Made by a program: the position numbers and the translations under genes. From Camelus ferus (taxonomy: Eukaryota): 64,000 nt of DNA. The stretch lies in contig NC_045707.1 in assembly GCF_009834535.1 (NCBI RefSeq), positions 63,676,001 through 63,740,000 of the forward strand, written 5' to 3'. Under the pieces are notes generated by a model. It saw nothing but the letters and a program-made list of their open reading frames with translations. It ran no database searches and was not told where the DNA came from. This document shows, piece by piece, positions 26,811-40,179 of the stretch. The first letter of the stretch is position 1. Each line of letters starts with the position of its first letter.

Positions 26811-27288
26811 TGAAATGTGAGAAAGAGTATGTGTGTACAAATGCCCATGGAAAATAAATGTAAGACACAAGATTTTTGGAAAGTGAGAAAGCCCTGACCT
26901 CCACAATTTTATAAAGCCTTAGATTTGCCTGACTTAAATTTGCAACATTACAAATAAAACTATGCTTAACAGAAACTTAATACAAGGTAAATTTGGTAAA
27001 TAATCCATAAATTATTGCTTCATCATCATTCATTTCAATGTGTCTTAAAAACACTGGACGACAGTTTTCTTTAAAACAGTAAAAAGGCGATAAGTTACAG
27101 ATTCAAATTACTGAAATAGCAAAAACGTATTCATTCATCCAAAGGAGTCAATATTCCAGAAAAAACAAAGCTGCTTGGCCCCTGATACGCACATAGGTCA
27201 CCGACACCCAATGACAAGCAAAGCTAGTCTGTCTTGGAACCAACACAACAATCCAGTTTCAACAGGTCGAAAATAGTTTGATACTTAC

Positions 27289-27499
27289 TCACACAACACC
27301 ACATGTTTCTCAAGAGAGTCAATCAGCAGTTTGCTGTCTCCTTGATGAAAGTGCAGCGCGGGGAGAACGACGTCATCCTTTAGACAGAACACCAGATACG
27401 ACCAGCCCATCCCCTCTTTGTTCTGCTTGATTGATTTCAGGTCTGTCAAACTGAACAGGAATGACCATTTGCTTTTCCCATTTCTATGACTTGGAGCAT
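27289..27499 (-). CDS. TBC1D15: TBC1D15 exon 5 (DAPSHRNGKSKWSFLFSLTDLKS...LEKHVVLCE)
   Basis: 211 nt, tttaag| and |gtaagt, phase 1-2. Confidence 0.97.
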
Positions 27500-27754
27500 C
27501 TTAAAAACAAGAAAGTGGGCAAAATATTTTTGTTCACCTTTTTAAAGGGTACTGATAGTACTCTTCCTGACTGCCCAACAGAACCTAGGTAATGAATATA
27601 GCATTCATATTACCATGGTTTCCATCTGTATTAGAAATGGCAACATATATTTTCTTTAAAAAAAAGTTTTAAAAATAATTATCTTAATACACACAAATTG
27701 AAAAAATGTTATCCCTATTTAAAAATACCAGCTTTACCCCAAAATGACCATGGC

Positions 27755-27970
27755 TTTGGAAGCAGACAGGCTGGATTCAAACTTCAGCACCACCATCTTA
27801 AAAACTGAATGATCTAGGGCAAATAATTAAATCTGAGTCTCAGTTTCTTCATCTGTAAAATGGAGGTAACTATACTTACCTCCTGATATTATTCTAAGAA
27901 TTAAAAAAGATAATACTTGTCAATTAACTAGTACAATGCCAAACATATAGAAAATACTCAATAAATATTA
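27755..27970. mobile_element. MIR SINE
   Basis: Core TCTGAGTCTCAGTTTCTTCATCTGTAAAATGG. Confidence 0.8.
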
Positions 27971-30522
27971 ATCTTTTCTACTTCCCTCAAATATAAATAA
28001 CATGATGCACTTGGAGGGTCATTTAAAAACAAACAAAATTAATAAATACCATTTCTTCACTTCCTTTTGCAATTAAATTTTTACTAGACTACACCGAGTG
28101 AAGGTAAAAGTATACTGGTATAAAATATAACACTGGAGCGAATGCAGACATTTTATTTGCAAATTCCCAAAGAAGAGTGGGGAACTGAGGTTGAAAAGGT
28201 AACAAAGTTCTGAATGCTTCAAAGAGAATGAATACATTCAATCTTCCTGCCAAATCAACTTTCTACTAAATTAAGATCTCAGTTCAAACCAAACTATAGC
28301 TATGTAAAATTAAAGCATTTCCTAGTGTGTGGGCTATTTATATAAGCTTAAAATCCTATGTTTGTGAACAGTATCATAAAAGATAACAAGCAACTTAAAG
28401 ATTATACATTTAAATAAAAATTTAAACAACAAAGGAAAAAATGTTTTCTTCTCACTAGTACTTATAATTTCTAAACAAAAAATGTCATTTTATTTTAACA
28501 TTTTAACTCAGAAATTTTTTTGAAAACCTTTTCTCTAATGTTATTTCCTAAGAAGTGTCATACTCTCCTGTTACGGAAAATCTTCATTAATTCTGTCCCA
28601 CACTGTCAATTCCACAAAGATAAACAGCATAGATAATATCTGCTTATAGATCTTAGTCAAAGGGTAGATCAGTCAGTACAGGGTCAGGAACACGACAGCT
28701 ACAGGGTCAGGAACACAACAGCTCCATCACCTCCAACAAGGGCTCCTATACTGATACAAAGAAATCTACAGCTTATAGAAACCTCTGCCTGCAAGGACTG
28801 CAGACACCATCACTCTTTCATGGACACTTTAATAAGGATTATTTGAAACAAAGTCCAGAAAAGCTAAAGTAACTTATCTATGCAGTGATCTGCCTAACTT
28901 CCACACCAGTTTGGATGGTGAATTCTTATCTAAGGCTGGTACTAGATTAACTACCATATGCCCACTGGACGAATACACATCATGGTCCACTGGAGTTTAT
29001 GTTACAGAGCTCATACCACACCACTGTAAACTAGTATCAAAGTGAGAATAACTCTAGACTTCCAACATCTTCAGGAATTATTTAAGTGTGAATGTACCTA
29101 GACCACCCAGAAAGGATACATACTACTAGATTATCTGCAAAGACCAAAAAATATTTTCACAGCAACACAGCAATGAAAAACTAGGCATAATTTTTTAATT
29201 AAATTCTTAAGTTACACAAAAAGTATTTAATCAAACATAATGCAAGGAAAGCATATAAAGTGCATTAAATACATGCAGGCTATATGAACTATCAGGAGTT
29301 TGTACATGTTCAAAAGTAAAGATTTTACACAGGTCTCTCCCGTCAATGGAAGAGCCACACATTATATATTAAATACAATAGGAAGTGCCTCACACGTTTC
29401 CTCACTTACAGCTCCAATAAACGAGAGAAACTTACGAGTCAGTCCTAGAAATCCCTTTGCTAGAGTGTAAGCCTCATGAGAACAAGAACTTAACTCTGTT
29501 TACAACTATATTCCCGGTGCCTAGAAGAGCAACTAGCACACAGTAGGTATTTAAAGACGTGTTAAATAAATGAATAACCTAGTACCAAGTCAACATAAAG
29601 TAATCTATAATTTGGTCAACCAACAATAGCTAACCAGAAACAGAAATGGTTACAAAGGAAAACTAACAGAATCTAAGCATTAACTCAAAATTTCCTTCTT
29701 TTTCCTTAAAGAAAGGGAAATAAAACTAATTAGTTCTGATGAATTTACTATGTTATCAAATACATGTAAAAAATATCTCCAACACACTGACATGGGAAAA
29801 CAAGCCATAAGTTGTTCAATTAAAGTCTCCAAATGTCTGAAATAAAATTAACATCAAGGACATGACATTTTATTTGCATGCATTTCCAGAACATCACAGT
29901 ATTCTGCTGTTCTGGGAGAGTATATTTTCAAAACATGTGATCTAGTATATAAAAACAATGACTTAAGCAGTATATTTCTTAAATATAAATTTAAAAAAAT
30001 TTTTAATACTCAATTTTAAAGGTTCATCTCAACTTCCCTCTATGAATCACAAAAAAGTAAACGTAAAAAATGTGAAGATTATAATAAAAATAAAATAAAA
30101 ATTTCATTTGAAAAAATGCTTTTTAAAAATATAAAAATTTAGTAATGGTATAATTTTGAATTCTGAAACATCGAACTTAGAAACGTCTTCCTTGGGAAGG
30201 AGTTCTGATGAACCATTAACTGCATGAGGCAGACAGTCTAGGATAAGACAGGATGGAACGGGCTAGGATGGAACACAGGAAATGTACTTCACTGACTCCT
30301 TGTTCTGTTAAATGTGTGCATGCGTATGCACACTGGGCCATACTGTTCAATGTATTTCTTACTACTATGCACAATCATAAGCTTTTTTTAAATACTGGAG
30401 AAAAAAAAATGTCTCCTTAGCTTTTAACAATTACCAAATGAAGGTTCTTTACAAGTCACAAGCACAACCAAGACATTAAAAACAGTATTAATGTCTGTGG
30501 TTTATGCTAAACTATGCAGCTA

Positions 30523-30703
30523 CACAGGGGTTCTTAAATCATCAAGTGAGCTTCTGAAAAATACAGAGAAATACAGACACCCAGGCTTCATCTCCAGAGT
30601 ATGAGTCAATTTACTGGATGAAAACCAGGCACTGGTATTTTTTTTTTTCAAAAGCCCAACCTCCCCAGGTGATTTCAATGTGCAGCCAGGGTTAAAAAAC
30701 ATT
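30523..30703. mobile_element. MER5-type hAT MITE
   Basis: CTCCCCAGGTGATTTCAATGTGCAGCCAGGGTT. Confidence 0.7.
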
Positions 30704-31008
30704 CATCTAAAAAGATCTTTATGGTCAGATTATGCTTTTCTCAAACACCTAATGCTTCTTTTATGAAATTCTGAAAACGTACTCCTTTTGTTCATTTCTG
30801 TGATCTTTTTCATTTTCAAGGAGTTAACAATATTAGGTAACAACAAACAAAAACTAGCAATTCACATAAACCAATCCTGAAGATCTAAGTCTACGAAGTT
30901 GAAAACCCCTCACATGCTAATATCCTAAAATCCTGTGGTTTTATCTTTCCTTAATATTTTTGCATTGTTCTTTAAGAACCTTCCCTGTAGAGAGGGAATG
31001 CCCAAATT

Positions 31009-31011
31009 AAA

Positions 31012-31058
<47 letters not shown>
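31009..31058. repeat. Poly(A)-(TA)n microsatellite
   Basis: Direct reading. Confidence 0.95.
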
Positions 31059-31063
<5 letters not shown>

Positions 31064-31987
31064 AACTGACTTAAAAAAAGTTGCTTGTGATTTACTGTTT
31101 ACTTCTTAACTTACTCTATTCCCAAGAAATGCTACAGTACAAAGTATAACTTATATGTGAGATGGTTCTCCAGGCCACACATGAAAATCAGTTATACTTA
31201 GTTAGAATGCTCTGTAAATGTAGCCATACATATTCCAGTAAATTTTGGCCAGCCTTTCTGAATCTGGTAAACGTGGATAAATCCTAAATTCAGACCAGAA
31301 CTATTGAAATATAAAATATCTTATTAGTTATAAAATACAAAGGAACCAATGAAAAAAAATTAACTTTATACAGTATTTAACATTGTTTAAAGAGATCACA
31401 AATAGGCTGACCACATCACAGATGGGCAAGCCAGATCATATCTGGGGTAGTTCTGTCAGGTTGCTAGCTTGGCCCTTTTTTGTTACCTGTAGGTAGATAA
31501 TCACCACGCAGCAAACGTAAATTTAAATATATAAATAAAGGAGAATAGTCACTGAACACACATAAACGGGAGACTGCAATGAGCTGCAAAGACCCCAGTA
31601 AACACTGAAATTAGAACCGTATGGTTTAGTGGTACACTCCATCTCCCCCTGGTGCTCCAGGATGATATAACATGATTTTCTTTTATTCTACTAGATTATG
31701 AAAAATATGCAAGAGGGACAATCAAAGCAATTTTTTTAAGTGTTTCTATTTTCAATAACTACAAAACAGAACAAGTATTTTTAAAGCCTTTTTATGAAGT
31801 CACAACCAAAAAAGCAACAAAAAGATGAAAAGGGAATGTAACTAAAATAAGAGCTATACATACATATTAATCCAGGCACCAAATCATTCTTCTTCCGACT
31901 GAGGAACATTAAAGAATTCTCTTTGCTCTTTTGTTTACATTATATTGTAGCAAATCAGTTTAGGATTTCAAAAGATTAAATTCATAC

Positions 31988-32123
31988 CTCCATTGGTATG
32001 TGGTTTCTTTTTAAATGAAACTGTATTAACCATGTCCCACTCTGCTTCGTAACTGTTCAGAAGTTCCAGTCCTCGAGCTCTCTCTTTTGGGGCCTGGGTC
32101 CATTCTACAACTGAACTGGAGTC
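31988..32123 (-). CDS. TBC1D15: TBC1D15 exon 4 (DSSSVVEWTQAPKERARGLELLNSYEAEWDMVNTVSFKKKPHTNG)
   Basis: 136 nt, ttttag| and |gtatga, phase 0-1. Confidence 0.97.
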
Positions 32124-33006
32124 CTAAAATAATTACAACATATAAAATATTTAGAGACTAAAACTAGAATTCCATTTCAATCATTAGGTCTTCTCAGCTT
32201 CTATATAAATCAACTGTGTAGGTTGTGGCAAACATCATTGCAAACATCAGTAGGTGGGAAAACTGAACACTATTTTCTATCCTTTTCTCCCTTGCTTGCT
32301 CAACTTCCCAAAAAGATAAGAAAAGCTTGCTCAGGTTCTCTAGCAGTTAGGGTTGCCAATGAAATATAAGTGGAAGTCAACTGCAAGGCCCTTGGAAATA
32401 CTTTTGCTTTCTTAATAAAAGCCTGACCCTTTTTCTCTATTTCCTGCTTTTGATATAGCTGTCTTGTCTAAAAATACAGCAGTCACCTTATAATCATAAG
32501 GAAAATAGTAAGAAAACCACTACAAATAGCTCCGAATCTCCAGACTTTTGGTTATTTGAGGAAAGTAGCCAAGGATGATTACTTATTTAAGCCACCATTA
32601 GTTGCATATTTTCTTAATCAAAATTAGCTAAAAGCCACAAACAAGATATCTACATAGATAATTCTAAAGAACTTTCTGTTTTAAAAGAGAATAAAACCAA
32701 AAGTCTATAATGCAATACTAATAATCTGACTAAATAAAAAGTTTAATAACTTCTACACAACAAAAGATAGCACACGTAAGTTACACATAAGCAAAACTGG
32801 GTACAAAATGTTTCCAAAACATAGGGAAGATGACAGAAAAACATCCAGGATACAAAAACAACTCTTACCAATTTACTTAGAAATCAACAAATATCAAAAA
32901 AGAAAAATAAGGAAATGGTCTGAACAAATAAGTCAAAGATGGAATATAAAGTGACAAACAACAGAAGATGTCCAATTTCAGAAACGATCAAAGAAAAGCA
33001 AGTTAA

Positions 33007-33200
33007 GGGGGGAGGGTATAGCTCAGTGGTAGAGTGCATGCCTAGCATGCGTAAGGTCCTGGGTTCAATCCCCAGTAGCCCCCATCAAAGATAAATAAAA
33101 ATCTAATTATCTTCCTGCAAAAAAATAAAATAAATAAACCTAATTACTTCTCCCCAAAATAAAAAAATAAAATATTCGTTAAGTAAATAAAAGCATTAAG
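33007..33200 (+). mobile_element. tRNA-Ala-derived SINE (camelid Vic-1-like)
   Basis: GGGGAGGGTATAGCTCAGTGGTAGAGTGCATGCCTAGCATG head; A box 33019-33029; B box GGTTCAATCC 33062-33071; A-rich tail. Confidence 0.85.
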
Positions 33201-34119
33201 AAAAAAGAAAAGCTAAGATGAATTTTAATTTTCCTGCCCCACTCAACTGAAAAATAAAAATATGGGAGAGAGTTTGAGGAAATGATATCTCACACTGTTG
33301 ACAATAGTGCTAATTAGTACTGACTCCCAAAGTATAATTTATTAAAATCCAAAATATGCATGTGTTTCACAACAATAACTCTTTTCATCATCTATCTATA
33401 TACCCGTCAATGAAGGAATAGGTAAAAAAACCCAGGGGGTTGTCAATAAAATGCTAGGCAAAAGTTTAAAGACTGATATATGTTAATATACGTATGTTCA
33501 ATATGTAATAGTAAATAAAAATTATGAGACAATACATGCGCTGTTAACAACTAAAAGCTTCTAAAGAAACAATACAGCAAGGATCAGGAATTAGAATGCA
33601 TTAGACTTAAGATCAAGAAAGGAAACTAGTCAAACCTGGGACAGTAACTATCAAAAATATGGGGAAAAATTTATTTTCAAACTGTAATACTGTGCCAGCC
33701 AAGCTATCAATTCAGAATAAGGGTTAAAAAAGTCTGAAAAAAGGAATGTTTCTGCTCTCATGCACTCTTTTTCTCAGGAAGCACTGGAGCTGCACCAAAG
33801 CAAGGAAATAAACCAAAATAGAAGACAACATAGGACACAGGAAATGGGGATTAAAATACAGGAAAGAGGCAAAAAGAATCCCCAAGATAATTGCTGCACA
33901 GCAAACCAAAAGAGCAACCAGTTCAGAATGAGCTTGTAAGAAGGCTCTGGTAGAAACGTCTCTAAGAAGATGAAGTTAGAAGATCATCTATGTGATTAAA
34001 TCCTTTGAGAAGAAATGTGGAGAACTGAGCCAGAGTTTCAAGGTGAATTAGAGATAAGACAGAGCTAAATCTCTACCTTTCAGAGTGAGAAGTTAACACA
34101 TGATACACGTGTTAAACAC

Positions 34120-34682
34120 AAGTTAACCCAACTATTCTACTCCCAGGTTTTCAAGGAAAAATATGCCCACACAGAAACTTGTACATGAATGTTCACAGAG
34201 TATTATTTATATTAGTGTAAAAGTGAAAACAACCCAAGTCCATCAACTGATGAATGAATAAACAAAATATGGTATAGATGCATAAATGCAATAGTATTCA
34301 GCAAAAAAAAGAAAGAAAGTAATGAAGTACTGACAGGTACTGTAACATGGAAGAACCCTGAAAACATTATGCTAAGTGAAAGAAGCCAGTCACAGAAGAC
34401 TACGTTATTTTATGATTCAACTTAAACAAAATGTCCATCACAGGCAAATCCTCAGAGACAGAAAGTAAAGTAGTGGGTGCAGGGGGCTGGCATTAAGCAG
34501 GAAGGAGGGGTGACTGCTAAAAGGTACAGTTCCTTTTTTGGAAGTAATAAAAATGTTCTAAACTTTGACATTGGTGATGGTTGCACAACTCTGTAAATAT
34601 ACTAAAAACACTAAATTATATACTTTAAAAGACTGAATTTTATAGAACATGAATTAAATCTCAATAAAGCTTTTATTTTAAA
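34120..34682 (+). mobile_element. Old L1 (L1M) 3' end
   Basis: AACCCTGAAAACATTATGCTAAGTGAAAGAAGCCAGTCAC...TCTCAATAAAGC. Confidence 0.85.
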
Positions 34683-34723
34683 ACTGATACTCCTTTGGCC
34701 ATACTTTTTTTTTTCGTAAATAC

Positions 34724-34798
34724 CTTTCCTGCATAGAGAATACTGGAAGAATCTAATGCATCATCCAATGGTCTCCAGTCCACTATTACATCAGCATC
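34724..34798 (-). CDS. TBC1D15: TBC1D15 exon 3 (DADVIVDWRPLDDALDSSSILYAGK)
   Basis: 75 nt, ctttag| and |gtattt, phase 0-0. Confidence 0.97.
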
Positions 34799-35255
34799 CT
34801 AAAGAAAGAAATCGTTAATCGTTAATCACATTTTCTATTCAGCAATATCACACATTTTTAGTCATCTATATGTAGTTCCATGAACCCAAAATAAAATTTT
34901 AACCCCTTAAATTTATTAGCATGTTAAATATGCAATAACATATGTAAACCACTATTTGACAACAAATGGTATGTTTATTTCTAAATTCTACTTTTCATCA
35001 TAGAAAAATTGTACTACTACAACTTTTACATAGTAAGTTTTAAAATACTTCATGCCATTTTACCGGCTTATTTAAAACATTATATTTCTAACATCACTTC
35101 CATGTTAAATTTACAACCACTGCTGGATTACATAATTTTCTCTTACACATGAAATGCAAACTTGCTGATAATGTCCCTATTACTAACTACTAGGTAAAAA
35201 TCATTTCTTATTTAAATATAAACCATTATTAAAAAGTCATTTACTAGAAACATAC

Positions 35256-35354
35256 CTTTTCTAAAACACGTAATATTCCTGAAATCAAGCTGTCTTGGTC
35301 ATTGGTCTTTCCAAAAGATGAGTGAATATAGACCCCTTCTTGTTCATATATAAT
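35256..35354 (-). CDS. TBC1D15: TBC1D15 exon 2 (IIYEQEGVYIHSSFGKTNDQDSLISGILRVLEK)
   Basis: 99 nt, ttctag| and |gtatgt, phase 0-0. Confidence 0.97.
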
Positions 35355-35909
35355 CTAGAACAGCAAAAAGATTAGTTACACCATTTTTATTCAATATTAT
35401 TTCAGCATTTGTTTTAAAAAAATTAGATGTTTTCCTTTAATACCTGAATCAAGTTTCTGATTATTCCATATAAAAAGTGTAATGTCTTAAAATACCACTA
35501 AGATTTAAAAGCACTTCAAAGACAAACTGGAAGGAAATTTGTTTTGTTATGCACCGAAGTTTGTTGGTTTAGTGATAATCACAATCTTGACCGTCTCCAT
35601 AAACAAAGATATCAGGCTAATTATGTGTGGCTCTATATGCAAATTACACTTAAAATATATTTTTATGTGATTCTATATGCACATTCCATTTAAAAAATGT
35701 TTAACAAACATTAAGCAAAGTTGGGTTCAAACTGAAAATGGACCTGAAAATATTCAAGAATAAGAATAGGTGAAATATAAAGAGGAATTAATGATTCCTA
35801 ACTATTTCCACAGTAGCACATTTTCTAACTGTAAGTTTATTTTGATGTGTTTTTGTAGTATAGTGGCATAAATTCATGGAATATGGGAATTTTAAAAAGT
35901 AATGATGAG

Positions 35910-36123
35910 AGATAAACAAGGTCCTACTGTATAGCACAGGGAACTATATACAGTATCTTGTAATAGCCTACAATGAAAAAGAATATTAAAAGGAATATAT
36001 ATACATATATGTTACATATACATATATGAATCACTACGCTATACACCAGAAGGTAACGAAACATTTTAAATCGACTATACTTCGATCAATTAAAAAAATT
36101 AACTGACAGTAGTTTAAAATAAA
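35910..36123 (+). mobile_element. Short L1 3' UTR insertion (artiodactyl type)
   Basis: CTACTGTATAGCACAGGGAACTATAT motif; TSD AATGATGAG (35901-35909, 36124-36132). Confidence 0.8.
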
Positions 36124-38484
36124 AATGATGAGGACTTCTAGAAATGACTAGTTTAAACCAGTTCAAGCTCACAAATAGTTACTGAGTGCTTCTATACATA
36201 AAAGCATGTAAAAAACTATAGGTAGATGAGTATGATTAAGACATGGTCCCTGAACAATGTCCTATGGGAATATAAAGGAGATTTAAAGTAATTTCTGAGT
36301 AAACTGAAATGTTATAAAGTTAAGCCTTATTTTCTAAATGCAAAATGTTATTATATTAAGATTCTATTACAGCACCCATTTTGAACCACTAAAATTTTTT
36401 TCATTATGAAAATAAGTAAAAGCAAAAGTAAAAAATAGTCAATTCTAGACTTAAGTAATTTTGTCATAAGTAAATCTGGAATACACTGTACTTTCTATTT
36501 ATGTAGACCTTTCATTAATATAATCACATCACTATTCAGAATAGCATGGGGACCAAGAAATGCAAGACAAGTACCACCAGAGCCCATACTATCAACCCCG
36601 AGTTGACAGTTATGGAACTTATGCACCAAGAACCCCACGTTATAGCCTGATCCTTACAATAACCCTAGATCATAGGTCCTACATCATTATAACTACATCA
36701 TTAGGATGAGAAACCCATTTGTTCAAATGAGAAAACTGGAACAGAGGTTAAATAACTTGCCCAAGGTTGATGATACAAACACCAAGGGGTGGTTAAGGAA
36801 TGGTGTGGAGTTTGAAACCCAGGCACAGAGAACTGTGCTCTTAGCCACTGCACTACAAAGCTCCTGCATTACCATTACTGCCTCTGTATTATGTTAGTCA
36901 CTTGTGATACAGACGTATATCATGTCAAGAAAGAGTCCTCCTAGTAATCAAGATCATCACACAAGTTCCAATCTCAAAAACCCAAGATGGCCTTGATAAA
37001 ACAGTCGTTAAACACCAGACTAGTATTAAGCAGAAGGCAAAGACTGGGGACAGTATGAATTGGGGAGTGGTGGCAGACAATTCTACAATGTTTGTATTGA
37101 AATGAAAAATTGTAAAGCATCCAGATCTTTTCACACATGTGCACAAAGATATGCATAAGAATATCCACAATAGTGTTATTTTATAACACAGAAGATGGGA
37201 AGGGAGGAAAGGATGCAAGGGGAGGTATGAATCTAAATGATCAAGAAGAGGGAAATTATAAAACATATTCTGAGATAGTCATTCTATGGAGAATACTATT
37301 CAGAGGTTAAAAGAAAATTCAGTCGATTAAGTGGACAAATGGACATACATGGAAAAAAACTTCCAATTAAACATAGTATGATGAAATTTACACTCTTTAC
37401 AAGTTTTTCTCTATGTCTGTGCAAAATATAGAGACCAAGCTCTGAGAGGACACACTTCAATGTTAACAAAGGTTACTTCTGAAAGAGAATGGGACAGGAA
37501 AGGTTGAAAAAGGAACTGTAACTTTCTATGTTATGTTAATGCCTAATTTATTTGAATATTTCAAAGTGAAAATAGTTATATATTACTTCAGTAATTTAAA
37601 AATTAACTTTAATGAATACAGTAAAAAGAGGGAATTCCAGAAGTATAAACTGTAACTTTTCTGGACTTCAGTTTATCAATTTATAAAACAGAAGGCTGGA
37701 CTACATAATTATACCTGAGGCCACAAAACAGAAGTATGAAAAGGTTATGGGGAAAAAAAATCCCTTAAAATCTCAAGCTTTTGTGATGAGTAGATCGGGG
37801 ACATATCCAGAAACTACACTTTAGTATATTTTCACCTAAGACTCAGCTACCAGAATAATCAAGAACTCCGTAGTTCTCATAATAGAGAAATGGATATTCA
37901 TTTGCCAAGAAAAGCTTGGCATCATTAACAGCGCAATCTAAGGTCCTGCAGTACTGCTAATACTGAAGAGATTCTGGAAACTTAATGAAACAAGTGAACC
38001 CTACAGAATCAAATGAAACACTTCACCTAACTGAAGCACATTAAGCAGCTCTTTCTCTCCCATACATATGTTGGTCAAGTGTTCCGTCATTCTTTTTCAC
38101 TTAAAAAGCTGAATTTCCTAAGTAATTGAGCTGGGAAAAATACTTTTAAAAGTTTTAAAGTACCAAGCATCTTATGAAAAAGTCAAAATTGCACTCATCT
38201 CTGGTTCTTTCTATGCTCCGTAACTTTTTAGCACTTTCTGAGGGACAAATTACACGTCCAAAATTTCACAATTCTAAACTCCGACTTGTACTGTCTTTAG
38301 AAAGCAGTCGTGCTAAGCTTTCTAACTTGAAGGATGCGATGTTAATCAATACAAATTAATTCTGAAGATAGAATAAAATTAATAAATTTACCTTCATGCA
38401 CTACTAAACCTTATGAAGGCTTATAAGACTTAAAGGCACAGGGAAAAAAATACTAGCTGCATCAGTATAAAACTCACTTCAAAT

Positions 38485-38720
38485 ATAAAATAATAACAGT
38501 TTTGACTGAATAGCACTTTGTTTTCAATACACTCTGATCTCATTTAATCCTCACAGCCAAACTGAATGAGTCCAAACAGACATTATTATCTCCACCTCCA
38601 TTTTACAGAATAAACTGAGACACAGAGCTGTTCGTTGACTTTACTTACGACCATATCAAAGCAAGGCATGGATTCCAGACTTCCTGGCACCTTCATCCAT
38701 TAAATCTCAACTACTACTGC
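38485..38720. mobile_element. MIR SINE
   Basis: TCTCATTTAATCCTCACAGC...CCATTTTACAGA...AACTGAG. Confidence 0.7.
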
Positions 38721-40080
38721 CTTAAGAAACTACTAGAAAAATTCTACATGGCTTCCTTAGAGGAAAGTGGTTTCTAAAATTGCTTAGACATAGAAAATAA
38801 TGTTGCTTCAAGGACTAAAAGCAATTTTTAAATGTCTTTAATTTCTAAGTCAATATAGCAGCTAATATTTAACAGTTTGGCCTTTAAACAAAAACACTTA
38901 ATTTCTCTCCCATTTGAACTCCTAAACATTTCACACAAGAAGCTTAGTCCCTTTCATGGCATCATCTTGATTTGAGGCACTCATTTTAATATTACAGTCC
39001 TTCATTCTACTTTTTTTGAAGGAATGATTTTACTTATTTTTTATTTATAGCGTGTATCTGTTCGTCATCCCAGTCTGTGGGTAAATCTGTAAAATACAGT
39101 TGTATCAACTCCTTGAAACAGCACAAAATGCAGAAACAGAAGTCCAATTCAAAATTTGATCTTATACCACCACCATGAAGACAGTATTTCTTTATTAAAC
39201 CCTACAGAGAACTGATTCCTGAGGAGTACCATTCTGCCACAGGACATTCTGCTGCCTATGCTTATCAGTGGTAATAATTAATATTTGAAAAGCTATCTCC
39301 AAGCTTGTTTGAATTGAAAAAATATTTTGCTACAAGGAACAATTATATCAGCAATTTCATCTAAGATACTACTTTTAGTAAAGCGGGCTTCTAATTTCCT
39401 TACTCTGGTTTTATTCATGACTGCTAATGCGAAATAAAAAGATTCAAATGCTATTATCAGCCATGTAATATTTCTATCATGTATTACTTTACAAAGCATT
39501 CCTACATTATCACATTTGATCCTTACCACTCAGATATGTGTTATCATTCCCACTTTGAGAAAAAAATGCAAGGAAGTGATTTGATGAAGGTTCTTCCGTT
39601 ACTCTGGGGATGATTCTCAGGTCTGCTCTGACAAGTTTTAATTGTCCAAAGAGTACATAATGAAAAAGACCAGCAACTTAAGGCTCAGCATATGTGACAA
39701 TGACAAAACTGTTCTAGTATCCTATGGGAACATATTCCAATCTAAATGTGTTGTGAATATGTGTAGGTCCTCTGTGCTACAGGAAGCAAAGAAAGGGCAT
39801 CAGCAATGCCTCTTTCTACCATCTAATGTTTTGAGGGGAGAAGAGTTCATAGGCATAATAGAAAAAATATACATATGTCAGAAAGAAAGACCAGAGAAAA
39901 ATTATACTCCAACCGACGTCAGGAAGCTGGCAAATGGAAAGCTAAGAGAAGAAAGACTAAAGCAAAAGTCTACACTACTAGAGATGTACGACATGTTTGA
40001 ATCTCCTCCTACAGAGAATTCGGACCTGTGAACTATCAGCACCAAGCATTCCAAATAGCAGGACAACGTACAAGCAGTAA

Positions 40081-40179
40081 AGACTGCCGGTGCCTGCTAC
40101 CTTAGGGCTACAGAGACTTCCGGTGCCTGCTACCTTAGGGCTACAGAGACTTCCGGTGCCTCCTACCTTAGGGCTACAG
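40081..40179. repeat. 33-bp minisatellite, 3 copies (AGACTTCCGGTGCCTGCTACCTTAGGGCTACAG)
   Basis: Copies at 40081, 40114 and 40147, each at most 1 mismatch from consensus. Confidence 0.97.

Noticed and set aside
33007..33080. tRNA-Ala gene (also 63760-63835)
   Set aside because: Followed by a SINE body and A-rich tail, with a TSD at the second copy and poor stems; these are tRNA-derived SINEs
40081..40179. CRISPR-like array
   Set aside because: Head-to-tail repeats with no unique spacers, in a mammalian intron
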